64,000 nucleotides of DNA from Octopus vulgaris (taxonomy: Eukaryota). Made by a program: the position numbers and the translations under genes. Under the pieces are notes generated by a model that saw only the letters and a program-made list of their open reading frames with translations, did no database searches and was not told the DNA's origin. Below are positions 12,601 to 24,794 of the stretch, piece by piece. The first letter of the stretch is position 1, and the number at the start of each line of letters is the position of its first letter. The stretch covers positions 77,376,001 through 77,440,000 of the forward strand of contig OX597824.1 of the NCBI GenBank assembly GCA_951406725.2. The letters are read 5' to 3'.

Positions 12601-13131
12601 CCCAGTTGAGGTTGGCTGTAAGGAATTCCCAAACCCAGTCAGTGTTGAGAATGCTTACATCCATTGGAATTAGAGGAAAGGAGTGAAACTTAGCTGAACA
12701 CAGGCTGGGAGGGGCAGCAGGAAGACTATCTTGCTGGTTGCTGGTTACAGAACAAGAGAGATGAGCTAAGATGGAAGACAGGGAGAGATATTGAGCAGCG
12801 ATCCTGCTAACTCTGCAGATTGAACAATAGTAGGGTGTTACAGTTCAAGGTCAAAACACCTGAATATCATTAGATACTGTTTGAAGACATCGATATCTTC
12901 TGGTGAAAGCTACAAGCACCAAAGATCAATGAAGAAGAAGCATCTTCTTTTAGATGCAATAATACATACATACAAACACACACACATATATATACATACA
13001 CATATATATCTGCCCCTCCCTCAAAGGGCATAAGTTCTCTCACCACAACAAGGTAGTACGGGGTGGGGGTAGCCGTCTGCACGTCACTAATTAGATGATG
13101 AGGCATTTGGCTATATATATATATATATATA

Positions 13132-13636
13132 TATACATAGAAGTAAATATATGGTACAACGGGCTATTCTTTACTGGAAAGCAATACTCTCGTATTGCAT
13201 TACTATTTTTATTGAAACTTCTTCACTGTTCTCGTTCTGTCAGCATTTTGGCGTTTCAGTCGAGTGTATTGGCATTGATGTGGCAACATCTGAAATGTTG
13301 TCGAGGTATATGTTGGCTGATGAGGATAAATCAAGTATATGTGTGCAGACATATCTTAAAAAATCTGAAACCGGTACCACATTATCCCTTTCTAGGTATT
13401 TCATCTTTCAGATGTTCTCCCTGGAGGTAAGACAATTTTTTTCAAGTTTGTTGCACACACGCATTTTTGCTAGTACATACGCTGTGAAGCTATACATTAG
13501 CGTCGTATTTATCACGTTCGCTATTTTCCAGTAAATATCGGTACTTCGTTGTACCATATATTTACTTCTATGTATAATTTTCCCTCACGGGCTATTCTTT
13601 ACTGGAAAGCAATACTCTCGTATTGCATTACTATTT
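13132..13636 (+). mobile_element. Penelope pLTR / retrozyme-like non-coding element inside (TA)n
   Basis: 30-bp perfect inverted repeat (13132-61 / 13547-76), 50-bp perfect direct repeat (13159-208 / 13587-636), internal hammerhead motif, and (TA)n on both flanks. Confidence 0.75.
13309..13385 (+). ncRNA. Minimal type-I hammerhead ribozyme
   Basis: TGTTGG-CTGATGA(13317-23)-GGAT...ATCT-GAAA(13367-70)-CCGG-TA|CCACA. Stem III is palindromic (ACCGGT) with a GUA cleavage triplet, and stem I is TG(T)TGG/CCACA. Confidence 0.75.
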
Positions 13637-13659
13637 ATATATATATATATATAACTACA

Positions 13660-13825
13660 CATGTGCCATTGGCGATTTCTTCTCTATCTTTGAACTTTTC
13701 TCTTTCTCCTTTCTGATGATGATCTTTGCCCAAAACGTCAAACTCTCTTCTTTCACTGATCATCAAGCTAATACATTTCTTGTGCACATCCTCACATAAG
13801 TTTTTTTTTTTATTTGAATTGACTA
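13660..13825 (+). mobile_element. Penelope-type terminal repeat fragment with decayed hammerhead
   Basis: TTTCTGATGA-TGATCTTTGCC-CAAAACGTCAAA; homologous to 20925-21115. Confidence 0.6.
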
Positions 13826-15439
13826 TATATACATTCATCATCATTACCATCACATAATGTCTGTTTTCCATGCTGGCCTGGGTTGGAAGATTTGACATAG
13901 AGCTGGGGAGCTGTCCAGACTCCAATTGTTTGCTGTAGCATGGTTTCTATGGCTGGATGCCCTTCCTAGTGTCAATCACATTACAGAGTGTGCTGGTTGC
14001 TCCTTATGTGCCACTGGCATGGGTCCATTTATGCAGCATCAGCATGACATGAGTGCATTTTATGTAATATCGGCACTTGTAAAGAACAAGCCTGTATGTA
14101 TGGGTGACTGTAATTTTATTTAGCTTAGTGCGTCTTTTCAAGTACAACAAATTACCACAACTGCTGGTCCCTTGTCATTTTCTCAATGAGCCCCTGCATC
14201 TAAAGCTCCTTTCTCACCACTTTGTATCATGCCTTCTTGGGTCTACCCCTTTCACAGGTTCCCTTCCATATACATACATGTACATTTGTGTGTGTGTGTG
14301 AGTGAGTATTGATGGAGGTTTATGCAGGGATGATGAACAATTAATAGTAATAATCTGAACTATTTTACCCAAGGGAGACTCAAGAGATGACCTTCAGCCT
14401 TCTTTGAAAAACTATAACCTTTCCATTTCTCTTAGCTTGGACATTTTCTCATTATCGCCTTAGTTTTGAACAGAGGTCTACTATTTCCTTTCCATAAACC
14501 TAATGAACATTTTATCTACATACACAAAAATTGTAATCATCCAAAAATAAATAAGAGGTATTCTTGTAAGGAATATTTCTCTTAGAATATCTAAACTTTC
14601 CTTTAACATAAAAGTACTTAGTAATAACTTTGAATTATATAATGGTGCTCTGTTGAAAAGTGGTTTTGAGCATAAGATTCAATTTATTGCTTCCTCTGGT
14701 ACAAACAACGCAGATTTTAAAGCAATTTCTCCTCATAAAAATACAAAATATATTAATACACTGCTCAACTCTTTAACCCAACATTCTAAATGTAAAAAGA
14801 GCAAATAAACAAGGAATTGATAATGTTAATACAATTGCATCTTATATTAACAATACAATAACAATGTAACAAGTGGTGAATCTGAGAATAAAAATAATGA
14901 AAGTCTTGATATGCCTGGAGACAAAAACTGATAAACCTACAAATAGTTGGCAAAATTTAATAAAACTAAAAGATGAAAATAACCAATCTAAAAATCTTGA
15001 GAGTGAATACACAAGCAGTCACAGAGGTAAAAGTACAATAAAGTTAATCATATACTTAAATCTAAGAACCGCGATGAAACATACGGCCTCTGCAAACCTA
15101 ATACAAATACAAAATCTCACCTAAAGGGTAGGATAGGAAACTAACATAATCCACTGTGAATACACTCAAGCTTTGCATTTTCATGAAAAACCCACAAAGG
15201 ATGATCACGAGGTACTTTCCTGAAAAATTATTACTACACATGAGAAAAATAGAGATATTAAATCAAGAAAAATAATGCAATGTAGTTTAGTGTTGTATGC
15301 AAAAATTTTGGGACAAACATGATTAAAGAGGAGTTTTTAATACATTAAGTAGAAACTTGCCCCCAAACCACATTTTAAATAAGTACATGGTTAAATTCCC
15401 TGGCTCTGCAACACCAGATCTTGCCAATATTATAGAATA

Positions 15440-15655
15440 GGTGGCAAGCTGGTAGAAATGTTAGCATGCCTGGTGAAATGCTTAGCGGTGTTTCATCTGA
15501 CTTTACATTCTTAGTTCAAATTCTGCCAAGGGCAACTTTGCCTTTCATCCTTTCAGGGTTAATAAATTAAGTACCAGTTACATACTGGGGTCGATCTAAT
15601 TGACTGCCCATCTCCCCCAAAATTTCAGGCCTTATGTCTGGAGTAGAAAAGACTA
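15440..15655 (+). mobile_element. SINE family E (Deu/Nin-like GCCTTTCATCCTTTCGGGGTCGATAAA core), diverged
   Basis: Matches the 46989-47220 copy. Confidence 0.85.
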
Positions 15656-16159
15656 TTATAGAATATTTGGAGGTGCAATGGCCCAGTGGTTAGGGCAGCA
15701 GACTCGCGGTCATGAGAATGCGGTTTCGATTCCCAGAGTGGGCGTTGTGAGTGTTTATTGAGCAAAAACACCTAAGCTCCTTTCTACTATAAGCACAATG
15801 CCTGAAATAATTGGGGAGGTGGTGCTAGTCAGTGACATAAATGCTAATACTCACATAATGCTAGCACAGAAAACGGACGTTAAATGATGATGATGACACT
15901 AATGCTTGTAAAATGAACAACTATAATAAAAATAATGCACACTCAAAATATAGCATAAACTCTCAGACTTGCCTCACAAATGTATATAGCAACTAAAGTG
16001 GGTGAGATTCAAAATTTAGAAAACAATAATACAAAATCTGAAACCACAACTGCTGTCAAGCTGACAGCAATGGAAGTAATGGACATAATGTAAAGGACGA
16101 TAATACTGTTTACCTAGTTTGCAAAACAGTGAATGAAATTAACACTAATAATTACAAAT

Positions 16160-16443
16160 TTTAATAATAATGAATATAATAATAATAATAATAAAATTAT
16201 TGTATACAGTGCTCAGGTGCACCACAACTTGTCAGAAAGTGTGTATAAAGTGTATGCAGTAATGTACAAATGTCTGGAAAGCAAACAATGTATTAGTCAG
16301 ATACATGCTTGTGTGTGTATGGAGGGGAGAAAATCAGGTGTAGTGTTGGCGAATCTCTGGGAGCATGGAAGTTTTGAAGGATGCAGTGCTCCGACAACTA
16401 ACAACTGATGCCGGCAGTTTGTTCCATGCTTCAGCAACTCTCA
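16160..16443 (-). mobile_element. CR1 LINE 3' end with (ATT)n tail
   Basis: Minus strand reads RVAEAWNKLPASVVSCRSTASFKTSMLPEIRQHYT*, then a 3'UTR and ATT repeats. Confidence 0.85.
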
Positions 16444-16748
16444 AGGCCTGAAATTAAATCAGTGTCAGTGCTCAACTGGTACATATTTTATTGCCACTGA
16501 AAGGATGAAATGCAAAGTGCATGAGTCAGATACATGCTTCTGTGTGTATGGAGGGGAGAAAATCAGGTGTAGTGTTGGCGAATCTCTGGGAGCATGGAAG
16601 TTTTGAAGGATGCAGTGCTCCGACAACTAACAACTGATGCCGGCAGTTTGTTCCATGCTTCAGCAACTCTCAAGGCCTGAAATTAAATCAGTGTCAGTGC
16701 TCAACTGGTACATATTTTATTGCCACTGAAAGGATGAAATGCAAAGTC
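16294..16748. repeat. Near-identical 229-bp tandem duplication
   Basis: ATACATGCTT..GCAAAGT recurs at 16301 and 16530. Confidence 0.95.
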
Positions 16749-17049
16749 AACCAAAGCTGAATTTGAACTTGGAGCAAAAAACCCCGAAGAAATGCCTCTA
16801 AGCATTTTGTCCTGCATGCTGACGGTTCTCCGGTTAGCTGTTTTAATGATAATCATGATAACAACGATAATTCTTTCTACTATAAGCACAATGCCTGAAA
16901 TAATTAAGGAGGTGGTGCTAGTCAATGATATAAATGCTGGTAACTCACATGGTGCTTATTTCATCAACCCCAAAAGGATGAAGGGCAAAAACGGAATTTG
17001 AAGTTGTAACACAAAACTGGAATAAATGCCAGTGAGCAATTTTTTCTTT

Positions 17050-17258
17050 CTTTCTTTTCTTTGTTTCAATCATTTGACTGCAGCCATGCTGGAGCACCGC
17101 TTTTAGTCAAGTAAATCGATCTCAGGACTTATTCTTTGGAAGCCTAGTACTTATTCTATCAGTCGCTCTTGCTGAACCGCTAATTGATGGGGACGTAAAC
17201 GCACCAGCATCAGTTGTCAAGTGATGTTGGGGGGACAAACACAGCCACAAACATATAC

Positions 17259-17316
<58 letters not shown>

Positions 17317-17480
17317 GACGGGCTTCTTTCAGATTCCGTCTACCAAATCCACTCACAAGGTTTTGGTCGGCCTGAGGCTATAGTAGAAGACACTTGCCCA
17401 AGGTGCCATGCAGTGGGACTGAACCCAGAACCATGTGGTTGGTAAGCAAGCTGCTTACGACACAGCCACTCCTACGCCTA
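17050..17480 (-). mobile_element. SINE family A, full length
   Basis: Both halves and the internal (TA)n are present. Confidence 0.92.
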
Positions 17481-18187
17481 TATTGAACAGGTGAAATACT
17501 GCTCAAGCATTTTGCCTGGCATGCTAATGATTCTGCCAGTTCACCATCTTTGTCTACCGTACTAACAATTCTCCAGCAGGCAGCTTTAATAATAATAATA
17601 GCAACATCAACAACACCAACAGCAATGATGACTGCAGAATAACTTCTATTTGCCCTCTTAGAGGTAACTGCTTAGTAAACAATGCTATTTACAGGTGTAG
17701 CACCATTACAGCAAATGACACCTGTTATAACATAGAATCTGCTTTTAACTCCTCTAAATGCCAGTACAATTTATGAATGCACAACTTTACAAATAAAAAT
17801 TATGTAATATGATTTAACTGGCCAAGTATATCATTAATTTAACTCATTGAATACAAAAATACTGCAATGAGGTATCTTAACAAAAGCCCAAATCTATCAA
17901 AGCACTCCATATTTTATTTAATAACATAAAATTATTTAACTGAAGATAAGACAGCTTTTTCTCTTGCAAGTACAAAACCATTTAAAGTCTACAAATGTAA
18001 TTTTACGCAGGTAAAATGGCATTGTAATAGTTGAGTTCATTCTTTCAGCAAACTCAAATAACAGCAATTTAGAATTAGTATTTCCTCACTTTATAAGTAA
18101 ATAAAATACATACTAATAAATTTGTTTATTAATTTATTTTGATATATATGGGTGTGTATATGCAATATGTATTTGTGTATATGTGTA

Positions 18188-18219
<32 letters not shown>

Positions 18220-18222
<3 letters not shown>

Positions 18223-18552
18223 ATTAGAGTAAAGCCATTATTATGCAATTCAAACAATGATAGACATAAACCAAATCATAAAGAAAAAATAAAATATATT
18301 ATAAAACATATAACTAAATCACAAAAAGTACAAAAGTGAATAAACAATATATAAGTAAAAAGACTACGTACGTTTCTACTTATTATATATTGTTTATTAA
18401 CTCAGAGTTATTGTTTATATATTGTTTATTCATTTTTGTACTTTTTGTGATCTAGTTATATGTTTTATAATATATTTTATTTTTTCTTTATGATTTAGTT
18501 TATGTCTGTCATTGTTTGAATTACATAATATTGGTTTCTCTCTAATTTCTAT
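18220..18552. repeat. ~135-bp AT-rich inverted repeat with ~60-nt spacer
   Basis: 18220-18355 is the reverse complement of 18415-18552 with scattered mismatches. Confidence 0.9.
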
Positions 18553-18635
18553 ATATTATATGTTTATATTTTGAAATTTGATTTAATACTAAATAGAATT
18601 TTTCCCTGTAAGTTTGGAGTTATACTCCCTATCAT

Positions 18636-18700
<65 letters not shown>

Positions 18701-18794
18701 TAAAAACGGTAAGATAACAAAAGAAAGAAAGAGACCTCAATATTATGTAAATAGAGGAAATGGTTTATTTAATAAAGTGATTGATGAAATGGCC

Positions 18795-18849
18795 AGATAA
18801 CCGAAGAGATGGTGTTGTGGATTTCCACTTAGGCATCTGAAACTCAGAG

Positions 18850-18853
<4 letters not shown>
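18795..18853 (+). ncRNA. Decayed hammerhead motif (same family as 1722-1782)
   Basis: CCGAAGA-GATG...CATC-T-GAAA-CTCAGAG-TT; a core U is mutated to C. Confidence 0.5.
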
Positions 18854-18892
<39 letters not shown>

Positions 18893-18929
18893 CATATACA
18901 TGTATGTGTGTGTGTGTGTGTGTGTGAGT

Positions 18930-19430
18930 AGGGCACATGTCTTAGTGGTTAGGGTGTTGCACTCACAAGCTAGAGATCATGATTTGAATTCCTAGACCGG
19001 GTGATGCATTGGGTTGTTGAGCAAAACACTTCATCATACATTGCCTTGTTATCAGTCTAACACCTGATGCATGGCACTCTGTGTGCTTATTCTGACAGTT
19101 TTGACTTGATGGAGTGGGTGAGATAATGTGCTGCATGAGCATTTCATCAATCATTTTAAATAAACCATTTTGTGCAAGTAATTCAGAAAAAGTGGAGACG
19201 CATGGCTTAATGGTTAGGGTGTCAGCATCATGATCGTAAGATTGTGGTTTTGATTCCTGGACTGGGCAATGCGTTGTGTTCTTGAGCAAAACACTTCATT
19301 TCACATTGCTCCAGTCCACTCAGCTGGCAAAAATGAGTAAAGCTGCGATGGACTGGCTGGGGAACACATATGCCATAGAAACTGGGAAACTGGGCCCGTG
19401 AGCCTGGCTAGGCTTTAAAAAGGGTGCAAA
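18930..19430 (+). mobile_element. Two adjacent family C-related SINEs
   Basis: tRNA-like heads at 18931 and 19194; tail GAAACTGGGCCCGTGAGCCTGGCTAGGCTTTAAAAGGG shared with the 10637 copy. Confidence 0.8.
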
Positions 19431-19672
19431 ATTCAGCAAAAGCTAAAGGCTCAAACATAATCTTTGATGGAGAGTTCATCTCATGCTGCTCTGTAATCAC
19501 TTCAACACTTGACGCGCGGCACACAGTGCACCTGTTTAGACAACATCGATTTGCTGGAGAGAGTGAGCTTATATGCGGCATGAACATTTGATCACTATAA
19601 ACAATACATCTGTGCAGATCATTCAGCAAAAGCTGAATGCTCATTCCTCGTCTTCGACAGGAGAGTCCACCA

Positions 19673-19735
<63 letters not shown>

Positions 19736-19751
19736 ATTTGGTATAAAGAAG

Positions 19752-19814
<63 letters not shown>

Positions 19815-20046
19815 ATGTGTTTGTGTGTCTGTGTTTGTCCATCTAGCATTGCTTGACAACCGATGCTGGTGTGTTTATATAGCGGTTCGGCAAAAGAGAC
19901 CGATAGAATATACTGGGCTTACAAAGAATAAGTCCCGGGGTCGATTTGCTCGACTAAAGGCGGTGCTCCAGCATGGCCACAGTCGAATGACTGAAACAAG
20001 TAAAGAGTAAAAGAGAGAGTATATGTGTATGTATGTATATATATAT

Positions 20047-20375
20047 AAAAGACTTTTACGGATTCCATGGACAGTGAGGCTCACCAATGGAGAAGTTCTT
20101 AACCAGATCAAGCTGAAACTGTCGCTAGAAGCTAGGATCCCCAAGCATAGATTGGCATATTTTGGTCATATTATCCGGAGAAAATCCCTGGAGAAGGACA
20201 TCATTCTCGGAATGGTCAGTGGCAAGAGAGGAAGAGGCTGACCAAGAACCCGCTGGCTTGATACCATCGAGAGTGACACGTGAATGGCCATAGCCAATCT
20301 GAAAGAAGTGACCCAGGATAGAACTGGCTGGAGAACACTGATCCATCGAGTAACTGAGAGTTGACTTCGACGGAT
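20047..20375 (+). mobile_element. RTE (BovB-like) LINE 3' end
   Basis: KRLLRIPWTVRLTNGEVL..RLAYFGHIIRRKSLEKDIILGMVSGKRGRG*PRTRWLD..DRTGWRTLIHRVT. Confidence 0.93.
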
Positions 20376-20761
20376 ATATATATATATATACTTACTGTAG
20401 CAACTAGACCAATGTGTGACCTGGCACACACACTCCACTCTTAGTTACATAAATTAATGAGCAAATCCTTAAATTTATTTCAAGTGAAATTTATTAGTGA
20501 CTCATATGCAGCTGAAATTGTTTTTAGCAGGTAGGGTTGGGGTATATAGGTTAGGTGCTGGTATATATCTTATCTTAATGAAGAAATAGAAACAAACTAT
20601 TAGTGTATGATTGTGGATGAGTATTTGAACTTATATCACCTTTCATATATGCATAGATGCACCCCACCATACACACATATGTACTATATTGATAAGTGAG
20701 CACATAAGTGCAAAACAAGGTGGAAAATATAGTACTCAAATACCAAAGGTAGAGTATAATA

Positions 20762-20902
20762 CTATTTTACCAAAGCTGAAAACACTTCAGAGTTTCATAT
20801 AACTGTTCATCAGACTGTTGCGATAATCACAACTGTGTGATGAATGGTTACATGAAACTCTGAGTAGCAGTTTATGAAGATATTTTTGCTTTGATAAAAT
20901 AG
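20762..20902. ncRNA. Fold-back pair of hammerhead-like motifs
   Basis: Plus strand 20831-72: AACTGT-GTGATGA-ATG(GTTA)CAT-GAAA-CTC-T-GAG-TA|GCAGTT (C3 to G). Minus strand 20820-787: CTGATGA-ACAGTTATAT-GAAACTCTG. Outer arms CTATTTTACCAAAGC / GCTTTGATAAAATAG. Confidence 0.6.
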
Positions 20903-20924
20903 CTTATCTTCAACAATGTAAAGT

Positions 20925-21109
20925 ACACACATTCCATTGGAGATTTCTTTTCCTTACTTGGACTTTTCCTTTCTGATGAAGAGCTATGTTTGAAACATCA
21001 AACACTCTCCTTTCACCGAACTTCAAGCTAATACATTTCTTGTGTGCATCCTCATGTTATCCATTTTTATTTGTTTATTTGAATTTTGAATTACTTGTTT
21101 ATTTGAACT

Positions 21110-21115
<6 letters not shown>
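20925..21115 (+). mobile_element. Penelope-type terminal repeat fragment with minimal hammerhead
   Basis: TTT-CTGATGA(20973)-AGAGCTATGTTT-GAAA-CATC-AAA; ends in (TA)n. Confidence 0.6.
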
Positions 21116-21144
<29 letters not shown>

Positions 21145-21163
21145 CATACACACACACACATAT

Positions 21164-21196
<33 letters not shown>

Positions 21197-21533
21197 TATA
21201 TATATGTAAATGTCTCATTTATATCTATATATTGACCTACCATAAAAGGCTAATATTGGTAAAATGAGGCATACTTATCTACATGGCCGAAACAGCTGTA
21301 AGATGTAATCTATACTTATATTTATATTTCCTTATATTTATATTCTCTTTTATATATATTCTACTTATTATACAACATTACTCTTTTATGTACACTTTTT
21401 ATGTACACTGATTTCTTCTGCTTTTTTATGTTTAACCCTACAGTCTCTTATGTAGTGGTTTAATAAACTATGTGATTGAGTATTATCTGGTAATTGATAT
21501 TTGATTTAGATGTATTTCTCCATTTTCTTATCT

Positions 21534-21577
<44 letters not shown>

Positions 21578-22786
21578 CATCATCATCAACATCATTCCAA
21601 CGTCTGGTTTCCTCACTGGCATGAAATGGACAGTTTTACTGAGGACTGGCAAGCAAGGGGACTGCACCAAGCTCCAATCTGATCAGGCAAGGTTCTACAA
21701 CTGGATGCCATTCCTAATGCCAACTATTCCAAAAGTGTAGTGGGTGCATTTTACATGCCACTGTTATTGTAGCCAGTCATAAAATAACTTGAAGTATAAA
21801 TGTATATACATACATATATATGTATAAATATATAGTTTACATGTTAGTATATGTATGTGAATTAAAATTTCTATTTGAATGTGTATGTTTGAGCATGCCT
21901 GTGTGTGTATGAGTGAATAAGTCCGTTATTATCCAGCCCTTTTATCAGCCACTAAATTCTAAGCCATTTAAAATCATTAACTCAGTATTATCTTTGATCT
22001 GCAATAGTTTAAGTGTTCAATTTTTTCCCTTTTTGACAAACATCCTAACTACACTGACAACCAATCCATAATCTCTTCCTTCTTTATCTCTCTGCTAAAA
22101 TCGAAATACTAAAATTCCCTTTCTTAACTGGCATATATAGAATATTGGACTAAATTTACATGCAATTCTCATTTAGCACATTCTAACAAGTGAAGATGGT
22201 AATTAGCAAGGAAATAAATTACTATTTTCTTCAGAAGATTTGGTGTTCTAAAGTGATGGTGTAATTAATGATTACTCACAACATACTAGTGATCGCTAGT
22301 GAAACATGTAAACATTATGTACTTTATGATGTTATAACAAAGTGTTTTATTCTGCCCTCATATGTATGTGTATGTATATATGTATGTCTTCTCTCCTGGT
22401 GCTATATGAACATTTAATGTGGTTTTACAGTCAAGTTTTGACTGCTATTTTCAGCGTGGTGGTATCTCTTAGATACCCTAAATTATAATTTTAAATAATT
22501 ATTCCCATGTTGGCCACTTGATAAGATCAATATTTAAATATCGATCTTATTCTTATTTATGTAAATTTATATATATATATATTTATACACACACACACAT
22601 ATATATATGTATATGTATATGTATGTCGAAGAGACTTTCCCCATGTGTTGAGATGTAGTGAAAAAGCATATAATAAAAGAAGGAAAATGCGCACACAATT
22701 TATATATTTTTAATATATTCTAAAGGGTAAAATATTATGATAGCCAACTATTTTTACATTTCACTAATCATGACATTGAAATTGGT

Positions 22787-22894
<108 letters not shown>

Positions 22895-23004
22895 GGAGAG
22901 AGAGAGGTATAAATAAACAGATAGACAAACAGACAGACAGACAGACAGATTGATACATATACACATGTTTATGTAAATATACACAAATACATACATACAC
23001 ACAA

Positions 23005-23035
<31 letters not shown>

Positions 23036-23862
23036 CACACATAAAAGACTTTTCCTTCTATTTTTCCTGATATATATACATATACTTATGTATAGATATA
23101 GATATAGATATAGATATAGACATAAACATAAAATCAAGAGGAGAATTTATTATTTATTCAACCACATAACTTGCATAGAATTATGGTCATATCACAACCT
23201 TCTTTGTGCAGTTTTAATTTCAATAAGGGAGAAAAATGATGTGTATATGCCAACTCAGTTAAATTGTTGGTGGAACCATGATATTCCAATGATCTGATGA
23301 GCTAGCTTTTTTATTTGCATTAATTTGTAATATACAATCATATTATGCTGAGCATACATATCAATGCAAATATATACGCATCATTTTCTTCCATAATGGA
23401 ATTAATACTACACTATGAAAGTTGCGAAACAGCTGTAATCCTATTGAAGCCATTCACTTCACATACTACCTGACACATTTTAATATTCTTTCTTTTGTTC
23501 TTTTCTTTTACTTCTTTCAGTCATTTGACTGTGGTCATGCTGGAACACTGCTTTAAAGGGTTTCTTCAGTAGAAGAAATTGACTCTAGAACTTATTACTA
23601 AATGGACTATATATATATATATATATATATATGCATATATTTGTATATATATATGCATGGTAGGAAAAGAATTCCAGTGAACATTAAAAATGATTTAGCT
23701 CTGCTAGGTCAGCAAAAGCAATACTGGAAAACTTGGAAGCAGTTTCAAAATTAGCACCAAATTTTTTCCTACCATGCTTCCATTAGATTTGTGACTATTC
23801 TGTGGTACAGAAATATTTTTGACTTCTATTTTTAGCGATGTAGGTGGTCATGTGGTGCATTC

Positions 23863-23916
<54 letters not shown>

Positions 23917-24026
23917 TATCTTGCATTGTATGTATATATTTTATTAATTTTCCTGTATGGCTGATAAATTTAGTTGCCACACGTGATGTTATTTTAATAA
24001 TACCATCCCTTCTTATGCTTATTTAT

Positions 24027-24059
<33 letters not shown>

Positions 24060-24182
24060 TATACATATATGTGTGTTTGTGTGTGTATATATACATACAT
24101 ATATAAATACTTATATATATGTATGTGTGTATGTTTATATATATATATATATATATACATATCTATATATATACATATATAC

Positions 24183-24239
<57 letters not shown>

Positions 24240-24242
24240 TAC

Positions 24243-24339
<97 letters not shown>

Positions 24340-24692
24340 CGTTTGTTTTCCACCTGCCTTCGTCTTTTGTCTATTTTCATAAAGCTTCCCGTTATATATA
24401 TATATAGTCAGTTCCAATAAATGAACAATAAAATCAACTATAACAGGCAACAAGTGAATGTGCACAAGTAATGTACTACGTTGATTCTCAGTAAAAAGAG
24501 AGAGTTTTTGATGTTTCGAGTATACATATATATATATATATATATATATATTATACATATACTACACATGCATGTGTATGTAAATATGTATGTATGTTTG
24601 TGTGTGTAGATGGATGTGCTCTATGTGTGTAAGCATTTATGTGTATCAAGGATATTAAACATTGGCAAGAAAACTTCAAACACAAGGCATAC

Positions 24693-24794
24693 TCGCTTTA
24701 TGAATGAACGGTGTCTCTTGCATTGAGTTCAGACACTCTTTTGTCATTGTCACTGTCAGGAATGCAGCAAATGAATGATTGATCCATTGGGAAC
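24693..24794 (-). CDS. Candidate internal coding exon, product unknown
   Basis: ttacag|102 bp|gtatgc, open in phase 1-1: (G)SQWINHSFAAFLTVTMTKECLNSMQETPFIHKA. Non-repetitive island; no family recognised. Confidence 0.3.

Larger units (their letters stand above)
14460..17990 (+). mobile_element. Decayed Penelope-like retroelement (RT thumb, linker, GIY-YIG), fragmented by SINE/LINE insertions
   Basis: From 14466: LNRGLLFPFHKPNEHFIYIHKNCNHP..ISLRISKLS..YNGALLKSGF. Around 15340: NLPPNHILNKYMVKFPGSATPDLANII. From 17633: CRITSICPLRGNCLVNNAIYRC..YI. Three PLE motifs in the correct order on one strand. Confidence 0.85.
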
